NCBI GenBank assembly: GCA_965214835.1
Contig: CBDCCK010000002.1
Location: 2,464,001 to 2,528,000, forward strand
Length of the DNA: 64,000 bases
DNA from: Nitrosopumilaceae archaeon
GTDB lineage: Archaea > Thermoproteota > Nitrososphaeria > Nitrososphaerales > Nitrosopumilaceae
Direction: 5' to 3'
In this document: one piece after another, positions 1-9,855 of the stretch
How the letters are laid out: every line of letters starts with the position of its first letter
How positions within the stretch are numbered: the stretch's first letter is position 1
The notes under the pieces: generated by a model
Databases searched by the model: none
Seen by the model: only the letters and a program-made list of their open reading frames with translations
What the model was told of the DNA's origin: nothing
Program-made: the position numbers and the translations under genes

Positions 1-302
1 GGGGATCTAAACTATTTCATGCAGATAATTACGGGTCTTGAGAACCTCAAGACTATACTGAAAAAGAAAAAGCGCTACGGCCACCTGCTTGAAATATAAC
101 GTACGGCGGCACGAGCCGCCTTTCTTATGACTTGACAACAGGACACATCACCGTGCTATATGGTTGCGCACGTCTTTTTGACACGGGCCGATTCTTGCGC
201 ACGTCATGGCATGTCCGCATGCGGTAGCTTGATCTGATCGATACATCCACGCCCGGAAAACCCCGCGGAGTTTTTAATCCCGGTCGATTACGCATAAAGT
301 CT
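1..302 (+). mobile_element. 3' end of an IS5-family (DDE_Tnp_4/ISL2-like) element, with transposase C-terminus at 1..135
   Basis: 1..135 reads DLNYFMQIITGLENLK, like EFDREFQVTAGLANFR at the end of the 59277..60623 transposase. The end CCGGTCGATTACGCATAAAGTCT is nearly the reverse complement of the terminus at 59083. Confidence 0.7.
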
Positions 303-737
303 ACTGTACGATAGGAAGATCAAGAGGGTGACAGAACTGGTGGGAACGGCATAGGATTGCCACCTTCCATCCCCCACCCACCCAATGATCGGCCGCACCC
401 TGGTAGGTGCGACAGGACTGGCTCGTGCGTATTGCTAGCATTAGCTATAAAGCACGGCCCGGCCGACTAGGCACGGATCAGAAGACGAAAGGAATGTTGC
501 CATGTTACTGGCGGGCGTTTTTACCATGGATGCATAACCATGCCTGAGATTTGGAGCTTGGCCAAAAATCACCAAGATGATCAACGGATCATCCGGGTGG
601 CAAAAATCGGACAAACCCCCAGTTTGATCGCTGTTTTTTTATTTATCTGCAAACGTACAAAAAGTATTGATGCTTGATAAATGTTCTACACTCATCGTTC
701 TTGCAATGATGCTTGAAGTATTCAAAATATTCAGTAC

Positions 738-1028
738 TTGGGAAAACATTGCCGAGGGGTTAAACATACATTGAAACTTTCTTCCACATTTTTTGTAATC
801 ACAAGCTTGGCGCTGTCGCTTGTTTTTTTTATCACATTCATAATAAATGTACAGCACACGCCAGAAGTTTGCTTCCATTCAGCATGGTACCCGGAGATCG
901 ATCGCAGCAACTGCTGGAAACACGTCCCGCTTAACGTTATGCTGTTTTTAGTTCTGCCAGGATATGGTATTTTTGCCCTAGTCGTCTGGATCAGGCATAG
1001 GATTAAAAAACCCAGAGAAATCATTTGA
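738..1028 (+). CDS. small membrane protein (two hydrophobic segments), true start uncertain
   Basis: 96-aa ORF with two TM-like stretches. Confidence 0.4.
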   Translation: MGKHCRGVKHTLKLSSTFFVITSLALSLVFFITFIINVQHTPEVCFHSAWYPEIDRSNCWKHVPLNVMLFLVLPGYGIFALVVWIRHRIKKPREII

Positions 1029-1155
1029 TGTGAGTTGTCCACTGCCAAGCTCGGTGGTGTCTAGCCCACCCTGTCTGATGTTATACTGCATACAAGACGG
1101 CGGCCATGTGCCACTTGATGTATTTCCTCTGAGGCCTGCCTTTCTGATCCTATTG

Positions 1156-1266
1156 GTAGCAGCTCGTGCTCTGGAAGTTCAGGCATGAATTTTGCCACCA
1201 AAAAGGGCTGTTCAAACAGAATTTGTGCCTAAAATCAGAAACAGATTCCAGAGTCCGATCAGCTAC
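1156..1266. mobile_element. MITE family A copy with 8-bp target duplication TCCTATTG
   Basis: Imperfect TIR GTAGCAGCTCGTGCTCTGGAA...TTCCAGAGTCCGATCAGCTAC; TCCTATTG at 1148-1155 and 1267-1274. Confidence 0.8.
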
Positions 1267-1425
1267 TCCTATTGGTCTTTTTTGCGCCAGATTTGTGCGG
1301 TATCCACCAGCTCCATAAGTTAACGCCAGAAACCCCTAGATTAACACCCTGCCGAAAAACCCCGGAGATTTACCAGAGTAGCCGTACGGAATGGTTTTTA
1401 ATTAAATCAGATCTGGGAATAGCTG

Positions 1426-1827
1426 ATGTCAGACGCGCCTCCTGAGGACACATTTGAGATAACGCACGAGGCAAGGCTGCTTGACTTTCAGGGGGAAAAG
1501 CTGTGCTGCATAATAGACAGCAGGGCAGAGACAAGGCAGGCGTGCGAGAGCTTTGTAAGCGACGGGTTTGACTACAACCTAAAGGGAGTCATACTGAGAA
1601 GGCCGGACGGCCACCAGATGGGGTGCAGGTTCGTCATAAAAAACGACGTGCATGCGCTAGACTGCAGGTGTGCGCCCCCAAACGAATGGATATCCGAGCT
1701 AAGAAAGGCAAGGCGGCTGGGAATAGCAGACTCTGCCGGCACCGCGATGGTGGTCTGCGACGACCTGTGGACCGGCGATATCGAGGGGGTCCTGAGGGTG
1801 TTTTACTCTGCAGGCCGGGGCAGGTAG
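1426..1827 (+). CDS. hypothetical protein
   Basis: 133-aa ORF, ATG start, AT-rich TATA-like sequence ~25 bp upstream. Confidence 0.7.
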   Translation: MSDAPPEDTFEITHEARLLDFQGEKLCCIIDSRAETRQACESFVSDGFDYNLKGVILRRPDGHQMGCRFVIKNDVHALDCRCAPPNEWISELRKARRLGIADSAGTAMVVCDDLWTGDIEGVLRVFYSAGRGR

Positions 1828-2157
1828 TCACTTGCTCTTTTGGACAAGTATTTTTTTTATCCGAGATATCGTAGGGTAGCTATAGCCCCGCCGGCGGTAG
1901 TTTGCAATCATCATCTTCCAGTTTTTCAGCCTCCACCGGGCCTGCTCGGCGGTAACGGAGTGAACCTCCCTTTGGATTATGCTTTTTCTGCCCACCCTCA
2001 GGGTTCCGGCATCCTTTGCAGACCAGCGGTTCCTGGCAAACTTGAGCCCTACGAGGATCTCAGAGACGGGCATCTCGCGGAAGTACTCGCGCATCTTGCG
2101 CATCTGGGCATCCGTTGGCTTTTCTGAGACGTTCAGCTCGATGGATGTTTTTTCCAT
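1828..2157 (-). CDS. conserved thaumarchaeal hypothetical basic protein
   Basis: 109-aa ORF with host-like codon usage, convergent on the previous gene. Confidence 0.7.
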   Translation of the reverse strand: MEKTSIELNVSEKPTDAQMRKMREYFREMPVSEILVGLKFARNRWSAKDAGTLRVGRKSIIQREVHSVTAEQARWRLKNWKMMIANYRRRGYSYPTISRIKKILVQKSK

Positions 2158-2385
2158 GACATGTATCCGCGCGCATTGCTTATCAAAATCATGCTAAGCT
2201 TGATTTAACAATATGTGAAATATTTTAGCAGTCAAAAAAGGGCACGCTGGAGTTCTTGCACAGCGTGTTGTAGATGCCGAATCCGAAGATGATGGCTCCA
2301 AAGACTGCCATGGGCACGATGATCAGGAGGTTGGACTTTAGCCCCATGCAGAAAACCTGCAGTCAGGGTATAAAATTGCACCCGA

Positions 2386-2805
2386 CTATGCGATCTCAAC
2401 GGTCAGGGTTGCAGTCGTCTTTGGATCCTGGAGCGCCCGTACCATGCTTCTGGGAAGGGAGTCAGATGCCTTGTCGGATTTTATGGCCATGGTTCTAGGG
2501 CACGTAAAGCCGCTTTTTCGAATCACGATGTCCCCGGGATGGCTCAGCTCAAGTCCCGGATGGCCCCTCCCCTCAAAGGAGAACGCCTGTCTGCCTACGA
2601 CAATGCTAAAGCGAACCCTGGTCTGCGGATCCCTCAGCCTTTCTTTGAGATCCTCCGGCAGGCCTCCACATGCGGCTGATGCGTTGACCCCGACGATGCA
2701 GTCGCCGCTGGGGGTAAGATCAGGATCCCGCGTGATCTCGATTGTCTTTTGATGGAGTGATCTTATGTTCTCATGGCCGGTAAATGAGATTTCAAACCGC
2801 ACCAC
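2386..2805 (-). CDS. DUF371 family protein
   Basis: GHENI..H.KT.EIT.D..LTP.GDCIVGV and DIVIRKS.F..PRT motifs. Confidence 0.9.
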   Translation of the reverse strand: MVRFEISFTGHENIRSLHQKTIEITRDPDLTPSGDCIVGVNASAACGGLPEDLKERLRDPQTRVRFSIVVGRQAFSFEGRGHPGLELSHPGDIVIRKSGFTCPRTMAIKSDKASDSLPRSMVRALQDPKTTATLTVEIA

Positions 2806-2941
2806 TCAACGGCTTTGTGCGCATATTTTAAAATAGTTCTCACGTCAGGCATGATTTCAAACCGTACCCGTCATGTAGCCAAATGAGGCGTGCATTGAGC
2901 CAAAACCAGGCGGGGATGCAAGCGGACCGGCGAGCGTCCGG

Positions 2942-3051
2942 ACTTGAGACGTGTCTTGAACGGCCACAGACATGACATGGTTTGCACCGAGTGCCTAAAA
3001 TGCGCAAGATGCAAACTTGAGACGTGTCTTGAACGGCCACAGACATGACAT
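2942..3051. repeat. 37-nt direct repeat separated by a unique 36-nt insert (period 73)
   Basis: ACTTGAGACGTGTCTTGAACGGCCACAGACATGACAT at 2942-2978 and 3015-3051. Confidence 0.9.
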
Positions 3052-3907
3052 CTCGCATGATGGTCACACAGTCCCGTGTGCTCAAACGGCATGCTGCAGG
3101 ATGCGCGTTTTATCTGAATCCAAAGGCGGTGCCCCACAGACACGCAGGATCCCACTGCAGTCACGTAGAGACGTGTCGCGCGATGAGATGCAAGCTATCC
3201 GTACAGATTGGGATAAGACATGCCGCAAATCATATGTTGTGTGGATACGTCAGATAAGGGGCGGAGGCGGATCTTCACTGATCCGTCTGCAGTCCCTAGG
3301 CGTTTTCGGGCCCCATGCCGGGCCGCATGGGGACTGCACCGATGTCCAGCAGGCACGGATCAAAAAGTGGCACCTGAACACATCTGCAAGATCCTCAGGC
3401 GTGATGTCCGGCGGCGACGGCGACCTCTGGGTGGATCCGTGCCGGGGATAGACCATGTCAGGAGGATGCAGGTGCGGCGACAAGTTCTGATGCAGGTGCG
3501 GCACCGTGTACTGGAAACGGCAAGTACGAGTCTGCCTCCCCTCAGCGGTTAGGCAGGCCGGTATGCGACCGTGAGATTCATGGCTGGCCAGTGATGAAAG
3601 ATGGCCTCACACGAACCGGTGTTTTACCGCGCCATGCCATAACCCTGTACTCAAAAAAGATCCCCTAAACAGTGCGTCATCTACGCCAGGCAGCCGATTA
3701 TGATTTTGATGGTTGTCCACTCACACAAAATCCAGCCTGCCTTCGGCCACATATGACACGTCCTCCGATCGGCTCCCCGTCCCTGCGCCCACGCGGCGGT
3801 GCCGGGATCACGGATCGGCGGTTCCTGATCGGCTTAGCGACACATGACAAAATTGGCAAAATTTTTACACCGATTCCTTCTATACTAGGTTCCCTCCCTA
3901 CCTACGT

Positions 3908-4246
3908 ATGTCGTGTGAGAACTGCGGTGCCGTGATCCAGATTGGCGACGAGGCCGTGTACGCCTGCCCGAGCTGCGGATACGAGTTTGAGGGTGCCGTC
4001 AGCTCCCCCGCGGGCATGGACTATGTCGTGACAAGCTATGCAAAGTCAGGACGCAAGAGAAAGCATGTGTGCAGAGGAACCTGCCGGAAGTATGAGACGC
4101 ATACCATGGCTAGTGGGGTGGCGTATTGCAACACGTGTGACAAATACATGCGGCTTGATGATACCTCACGATGCCCGTGCTGCGGCAACATACGGCTTCG
4201 GCACGGAAACCGCAGGTGCAAGGGGATCAAGGTTGCACGGTACTGA
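3908..4246 (+). CDS. small multi-CxxC zinc-finger protein
   Basis: CENC, CPSC, CRGTC, CNTC and CPCCG..RLR motifs. Confidence 0.7.
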   Translation: MSCENCGAVIQIGDEAVYACPSCGYEFEGAVSSPAGMDYVVTSYAKSGRKRKHVCRGTCRKYETHTMASGVAYCNTCDKYMRLDDTSRCPCCGNIRLRHGNRRCKGIKVARY

Positions 4247-4489
4247 CGCCCGGGGATGAGGCCGGGGTAGCCTCGTACAGCGGCAGTGCCCGGCCTGCGG
4301 CTGAGTTGGGGATCTACGGGTAGGCCCGCTGCGCATATGCGCACGACTCGGCCGGAGACGGCATGCCATGGCCGACTTGATGCACGAGGCCACGTCCCCG
4401 TACTTACCATGCATGAAAATCACGGCTACGCGTGAATTCATATCTGATCGGTTCAGAAGAGGCCGACCCCGTACGGTAGCGTCTCGGGC

Positions 4490-4581
4490 TTGGTGATTTG
4501 CGATTTTAGGCACGAATTACGCCTGCGGGGGTCTCTTTGGTGGCAAAACCATGCTTGAACCACCAGAGCCCGGGCTGTTGC
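4490..4581. mobile_element. degenerate MITE family A copy
   Basis: GATTTTAGGCACGAAT core and CCAGAGCCCGGGCTGTTGC end resemble 46226..46336; left boundary approximate. Confidence 0.55.
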
Positions 4582-5086
4582 CATGCCCGGAGGAATATCA
4601 AGGACATGACAGGAGTCAATGAATCGTGAGAAATTTTAAGAACACGGTCTGAGGGTATTGGTTATTTCCCTTTCTATCCTGTCACGATATACAGTACGAC
4701 TTGGAATCTTTTGAATCTTTTGTTCATCATGGTTTGCATAACCGTGCCTGAGCGCGTAAAAACGGCTGATCTTTCGTGCCTAAAATCGGGGTTGTGCAAC
4801 AGGCTAGCTCGTCAGAAACCAGTAATCAAGTACTAGATCACCTGCCCCTGTCAGCCGGGCACGAATTGGCATGCACAACCATGGCCTTCGTGCCTGCCAG
4901 CAAGGGGGCGTGGCCCCGCAGGGTAAACTCTTACCCTGCCGCAGTATGAGCTTGCCTCTTGGGTGGCACTGCAGGTCACAACCTTGATCACCGTGCCCCC
5001 CACGCAGTATTTTCTGGAGGAGGCAAGCACCTGCCCGGCCGCACAAGGCATGGCTTATATTAAACTCGCCAGGCACCAGAAATGAA

Positions 5087-5824
5087 TTGCTTCCCGCACA
5101 GCAAGGCTATGACAGGGCCATTACGGTGTTCTCCCCGGACGGCAGGCTGTACCAGGTAGAGTACGCCATTGAGACCGTGCGAAGGGGAACCATCGCAGTA
5201 GGAATCAAAACCAAGGAGGGCGTAGTCATTGCCGTCGAGGAAAAGGCAAGAAAGCTGCAGATTTCAGATAATGCCCAGAAAATATTCCAGATTGACGAAC
5301 ACGTAGGCGTGGCCGCGGCAGGATACATCCCCGATGCCAGAAGCCAGGTGGACAATGCGAGGTTCTTTTCACAGAGCAACAGGCTGATTTACGACGAGTC
5401 GGTGGATGTCGAGACGATTGCAAAGCACCTGGCCGACCAGAGCCAGCAGTTTACACAGTACGCCGGAGTCAGGCCGTACGGCGTGGCATTAATCCTTGCA
5501 GGCGTTGACAGGGGCCAGGGCCAGCTGTACCTTACGGATCCGAGCGGCACGTTCATCTCATATGACGCAGTCGCAATAGGGGCAAACTCGGATACGGTAA
5601 CGGGCTTTCTGGAAAAGTCATACGGGGAAGACATGTCACTGGATGATGCGTCCGCACTGGCTGCAGCATCAATCCACCTTGCAAGCGAGGACAAGGAAAA
5701 AACCGAGAACATCAGGATGGCGCAGGTCAAGACGACAACAGGACAGTTTGAGCTGGTCTCAGACGACCAGACAGGCGCATACGCAGATGCCGCAAAAACA
5801 AAGTTCCCGGCAAACCAGAACTAA
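5087..5824 (+). CDS. psmA: archaeal 20S proteasome subunit alpha
   Basis: GYDRAITVFSPDGRLYQVEYA signature, RPYGVAL, TDPSG. Confidence 0.97.
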   Translation: MLPAQQGYDRAITVFSPDGRLYQVEYAIETVRRGTIAVGIKTKEGVVIAVEEKARKLQISDNAQKIFQIDEHVGVAAAGYIPDARSQVDNARFFSQSNRLIYDESVDVETIAKHLADQSQQFTQYAGVRPYGVALILAGVDRGQGQLYLTDPSGTFISYDAVAIGANSDTVTGFLEKSYGEDMSLDDASALAAASIHLASEDKEKTENIRMAQVKTTTGQFELVSDDQTGAYADAAKTKFPANQN

Positions 5825-5851
5825 ACCGCGCCCGGGCCAGCTTGAGTCAAA

Positions 5852-6655
5852 TTGAAACTGTCCATAGCCGTTCCGGATTCCTGCCTCAACGACGACGCTA
5901 CGAACCTAGACAAGTCGCGAAAGATTGCAGGCATTGCAAGGGCGTGTGCAATCTTCAGGGTGGGGACGATCTACATCTACGAGCACGGTGCAAGCAGGGA
6001 GGACAGGGCCCTGCTCCTGACGGTTCTGCGGTACATGGACACGCCGCAGTTTCTCAGAAGGCGGCTCTTTCCCAAGATGAACGAGCTAAAGTACGCAGGC
6101 GTCCTGCACCCACTCAAGATTGCAAGCCACACCGTGCCCGCAGACGGCGGGAGGATAGCGGACGGCACGGTCAGGGACGGAATCATAGTAAAGGCAAAGG
6201 GCAGGCTGTTTGCAGACTTTGGAATCAGTACCCTGCTTCCATACAGGGGCGGGGCTGGGGTCGGCAAGAGGGTAACGGCAAGGTTCAGCACGGGCGCCCC
6301 CGAGTTCAGGTACAAGGAGATCCTCAAGGACGAGTCGCCTGAATACTGGGGGTACATAGTAAAGGAGAGGGGCCCACTCTCGAGGTTCCTAGCATCCTGG
6401 GAGGACGCAATAGTCCTGACCTCCAAAAGGGGCAAGGCAGTCTCCGTCGAGCAGATCAGGAACTATCAGAGCATGACTGCGCCGCTGCTGGTCGTATACG
6501 GCTCGACTGACAGGGGGATACACGAGATCCTGGGAAGGAGTCCGGGCAGCATTCCAAACTCCAGGGTTCTGGACTTTTTCCCGGGACAGGCCACCGAGAC
6601 GGTCAGGCTGGAGGAGGCCATACTGGGAACGCTGTCGATGCTGAACCTGCCATGA
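5852..6655 (+). CDS. putative SPOUT RNA methyltransferase (DUF171/MTH1-like)
   Basis: IARACAIFRV, Y.DTPQFLRR, YAGVL.PL and Q.TETVRLEEAI motifs; usual position upstream of rpl3. Confidence 0.9.
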   Translation: MKLSIAVPDSCLNDDATNLDKSRKIAGIARACAIFRVGTIYIYEHGASREDRALLLTVLRYMDTPQFLRRRLFPKMNELKYAGVLHPLKIASHTVPADGGRIADGTVRDGIIVKAKGRLFADFGISTLLPYRGGAGVGKRVTARFSTGAPEFRYKEILKDESPEYWGYIVKERGPLSRFLASWEDAIVLTSKRGKAVSVEQIRNYQSMTAPLLVVYGSTDRGIHEILGRSPGSIPNSRVLDFFPGQATETVRLEEAILGTLSMLNLP

Positions 6656-6684
6656 ATAAAATAGGATTCCGGCGGACAGTCAGC

Positions 6685-6792
6685 ATGGAAAAGAAGGGCT
6701 TTCTGATCCTGGCAATAGGAGTCGGGGCGCTTGGCGTGATTGTCGGCGGATACAGCATCTACAGCTATGCCTCCGGCTTGCTGCAGCCGTGA
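6685..6792 (+). CDS. 35-aa single-TM peptide (absent from ORF track)
   Basis: MEKKGFLILAIGVGALGVIVGGYSIYSYASGLLQP*. Confidence 0.6.
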   Translation: MEKKGFLILAIGVGALGVIVGGYSIYSYASGLLQP

Positions 6793-6877
6793 GGATCATT
6801 TTTTCGCAAAAACTCCAGGAAACCGTCCAAAAATTTAGTAGGTATATAATGGGGTTTACGACTTTTCTCGTTTATCC

Positions 6878-7876
6878 ATGGGACACAGAAAGCACAGCCA
6901 GCCGCGCAGGGGGAGTCTTGCATACCTGCCCAGGGGGCGTGCCAAGAGCATGGAGGCAAGAATCAGGATGCACGGCTGGGCGCAGGTCGACTCTGAGGAG
7001 CCGCAGCTGCTTGCACACTGCGGATTCAAGGCAGGATGCGTCCAGGTCGTCACGATCGACGACAGGGAGCACGTGCCAAACCACGGAAAGCAGCTGGTCA
7101 GCCTGGGCACGGTTCTTGCCACGCCGCCGGTCCTGATCCTTGGGATCAGGGGGTACTCAAAGGACGGCGCCGGAACCCATGCGGAGTTTGACGTTTATGC
7201 AGAGGACATCCCGAGGGATATTGCAAAGGAGATCAAGGTTAAAAACGCCGAGGGCGCCATGGGCAGGGCAGAGGGCCAGCTGGGCAGGATCAGGGAGGTC
7301 TTTGCAATAGTGGCAGTCTCGCCGAGGGCAGCAGGCCTGGAGCAGAAAAGGCCGTACGTCTTTGAGGCGCCGGTCAGGGGCGGCGACGTACAGAAGCGGT
7401 TTGCGTTTGTAAGGGACCTGCTGGGCAAGGAGGTAAGGTTTGATCAGGTCTTTGAGGAGGGCTCTAGCGTCGACGTTGCGGCCATCACAAAGGGCAAGGG
7501 ATGGCAGGGCGTCATCCAGAGATACGGCGCAAAAAGAAAGCAGCACAAGTCAAGAAAGACCGTAAGGGAGCTTGGCTCGCTTGGCCCCATCTCGCCGCAG
7601 TACATCATGTATACGGTTCCAAGGGCAGGGCAGATGGGATTCCACCAGAGGATAGAGTACAGCAAGAGGATCATGATGGTATCAAACGCAGGCGATGAAA
7701 AGAGGCAGATCAACCCCGAGGGCGGCTACAAGCACTTTGGACTGGTCAGGGGCGACTATGTCATACTAAAGGGCTCGGTTCCCGGAACATATCGCAGGCT
7801 GATCAAGATGAGAAGGCAGATCAGGGGAGAGCCCGGCAAGACAACCAAGCCAAACATCCTGGAGATAGTCGTATGA
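6878..7876 (+). CDS. rpl3: 50S ribosomal protein L3
   Basis: PRRGSLAYLPRGRA, TKGKGWQG, PRAGQMGFHQR. Confidence 0.98.
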   Translation: MGHRKHSQPRRGSLAYLPRGRAKSMEARIRMHGWAQVDSEEPQLLAHCGFKAGCVQVVTIDDREHVPNHGKQLVSLGTVLATPPVLILGIRGYSKDGAGTHAEFDVYAEDIPRDIAKEIKVKNAEGAMGRAEGQLGRIREVFAIVAVSPRAAGLEQKRPYVFEAPVRGGDVQKRFAFVRDLLGKEVRFDQVFEEGSSVDVAAITKGKGWQGVIQRYGAKRKQHKSRKTVRELGSLGPISPQYIMYTVPRAGQMGFHQRIEYSKRIMMVSNAGDEKRQINPEGGYKHFGLVRGDYVILKGSVPGTYRRLIKMRRQIRGEPGKTTKPNILEIVV

Positions 7877-8688
7877 CGAGGGTGCAGTCATACTCCGTGT
7901 CCGGCTCAAGGGACGGCGAGGTGGAGCTGCCGGCCGTGTTTGAGACTCCGGTGAGAAGGGACGTCATTCAAAAGGCATACATCAACCTGGAATCGCACAG
8001 GTTCCAGCCAAAGGGGACGCATCCGACGGCGGGCATGGACGTCGTCGCAAGATCAAACGACCCTCCGACGGGGCAGGGCACGTCGCGTATCGCAAAGATG
8101 CGCGGGGGCGGCGGCGGGCGCCAGGGACAGGCAGGCGGCGTGGCGTCGGTGAGGGGCGGAAGGCAGGCACACCCGCCCAAGGTGCAAAAGGTAATCCACA
8201 AAAAAATCAACAAAAAGGAGAACAGGCTTGCGCTGTGCTCTGCAATCGCAGCTACCGCATCAAGGGATCTGGTAGAGGCAAGGGGCCACAGGGTCGGCCC
8301 CCGCGAGTCATTTCCGATCATAGTATCAGACGACATCGAGGCGATCACAAAGACGCGGGATCTGGTCAGAGTCATCGACTCGCTGAGCCTTTCAGGCGAC
8401 GTAGACAGGCTCAGGAACAGAAAGGCAAGGACCGGCAAGTCCTCGCTCAGGGGAAGGCCAAAAAAGGTGGGAAAGAGCATCCTGTTTGTCACGTCGTCAT
8501 CAGAGAGGCTCTCAAGGGCCGCAGGCGCCATTCCGGGCGTCGATGTAAGGTCAGTCAGGGAGCTCAGCGTACTGGACCTGGCGCCGGGCTCGACGCTCAT
8601 CAGGCTGACGGTTTATTCCAGGGCCGCAATCGGGGAGATCGCAGGTATAAGATCCCCGCACCTGGAGCTGATGGTGAGGGTGCGATGA
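7873..8688 (+). CDS. rpl4: 50S ribosomal protein L4
   Basis: GGRQAHPPK, KINKKE, LAPG...RLT. Confidence 0.97.
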   Translation: MTRVQSYSVSGSRDGEVELPAVFETPVRRDVIQKAYINLESHRFQPKGTHPTAGMDVVARSNDPPTGQGTSRIAKMRGGGGGRQGQAGGVASVRGGRQAHPPKVQKVIHKKINKKENRLALCSAIAATASRDLVEARGHRVGPRESFPIIVSDDIEAITKTRDLVRVIDSLSLSGDVDRLRNRKARTGKSSLRGRPKKVGKSILFVTSSSERLSRAAGAIPGVDVRSVRELSVLDLAPGSTLIRLTVYSRAAIGEIAGIRSPHLELMVRVR

Positions 8689-8951
8689 ACGCGGATCAGG
8701 CAATGAAGGTCATCCTCAAGCCGTATATCACCGAGAGGACGTTTGCGCAGGTGGAGACCGAAAGCAAGATCTGCTTTATCGTAGACAGATCCGCAAGCAA
8801 GCCACAGATCATCGAGGCAATCGAGGCGCTGTACAACGCCAGGGCAGTCGGGGTCAACACGGCAAGGACAATCTACGGGAAAAAGGCCTTTGTGCAGTTT
8901 GCCGACACCGAAAAGGCCAGGGATCTGGCAACGAAAATAGGAATGCTCTAA
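8685..8951 (+). CDS. rpl23: 50S ribosomal protein L23
   Basis: ATG overlaps the rpl4 stop; PYITE, FIVD..ASK..I, GKKAFV. Confidence 0.95.
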   Translation: MNADQAMKVILKPYITERTFAQVETESKICFIVDRSASKPQIIEAIEALYNARAVGVNTARTIYGKKAFVQFADTEKARDLATKIGML

Positions 8952-8992
8952 TATGGCCCACGGATTTGCGCTTGTATCACGGGAGACAGGAT

Positions 8993-9388
8993 ATGGTTAA
9001 AGAGTTTTCATACAGGGGAATCGCCCACGGCGAGCTGGAGAACATGTCGCTGGAGAGGCTGTTCCAGCTGTTCAACTCCCGCCAGAGGAGATCCCTTACC
9101 AGGGGGATTACAGACAACAAGAGAAAGCTGATCGAGGAGATCAAGGCCGCAAAGGCAGGCAGGATCACTGCCCCGATCAAGACGCATGTCAGGGACCTGA
9201 TCGTCCTGCCGTACATGGTCGGCGTAACAGTCAACGTATTTTCCGGAAAGGACTTTGCCCCCGTCGCAATCATGGAGGAGATGATCGGGCACTATCTGGG
9301 CGAGTATGTCATTACCAACAAGCGCGTCCAGCACGGCGCCCCGGGCGTGGGTGCGTCAAGGTCCAGCCTGTACGTACCGTTAAAGTGA
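8993..9388 (+). CDS. rps19: 30S ribosomal protein S19
   Basis: F.YRG, IKTHVRD, MIGHYLGE, HGAPGVGASRSS. Confidence 0.97.
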   Translation: MVKEFSYRGIAHGELENMSLERLFQLFNSRQRRSLTRGITDNKRKLIEEIKAAKAGRITAPIKTHVRDLIVLPYMVGVTVNVFSGKDFAPVAIMEEMIGHYLGEYVITNKRVQHGAPGVGASRSSLYVPLK

Positions 9389-9393
9389 TTGTC

Positions 9394-9852
9394 ATGGGAA
9401 GGTTCGACTATGCGTTTCAGGGCTATGACAGGACAAGGCACGCCAGGGCCTCCATCAGGGAGGCGGACATGTCGCACAAGCATGCAAGGGAGATCGGGCA
9501 CAGGATCCAGGGCATGAGGCTCGAAAAGGCAAGGGACTTTTTGCAGAGGGTATCAAACCTGGAGAGCGCAGTGCCCATGCAGAGGTACAAAAAGCAGGTG
9601 GGGCACAAGTCAGACCCCGGCATGATGGCCGGACGCTATCCGCAAAAATCGGCAAAACAGTTTCTAAAGCTCATAGACAACCTAGAGTCAAATGCAGAAT
9701 ACAAGGGAATGGACATGGACAGGCTGCAGATTGTCAACGTGACAAGCCACAAGGGGGTGTCCGTAAAGCGGTTCATTCCGAGGGCCATGGGAAGGGCTAC
9801 GCCGAAAAACAACGTGCTGACACACGTGGAGCTGGTGGCTCGGGAGGCATAG
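9394..9852 (+). CDS. rpl22: 50S ribosomal protein L22
   Basis: SHKHAREI, GRYPQK, PRAMGRATP. Confidence 0.97.
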   Translation: MGRFDYAFQGYDRTRHARASIREADMSHKHAREIGHRIQGMRLEKARDFLQRVSNLESAVPMQRYKKQVGHKSDPGMMAGRYPQKSAKQFLKLIDNLESNAEYKGMDMDRLQIVNVTSHKGVSVKRFIPRAMGRATPKNNVLTHVELVAREA

Positions 9853-9855
9853 GAC

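Noticed and set aside
2840-3900. Many overlapping short ORFs
   Set aside because: No recognisable motifs; the region looks like decayed repeat-rich intergenic DNA.
8951-8993. rpl2 missing between rpl23 and rps19, and the cluster ending at rpl6
   Set aside because: To my knowledge the usual thaumarchaeal arrangement; used only as a taxonomic clue.
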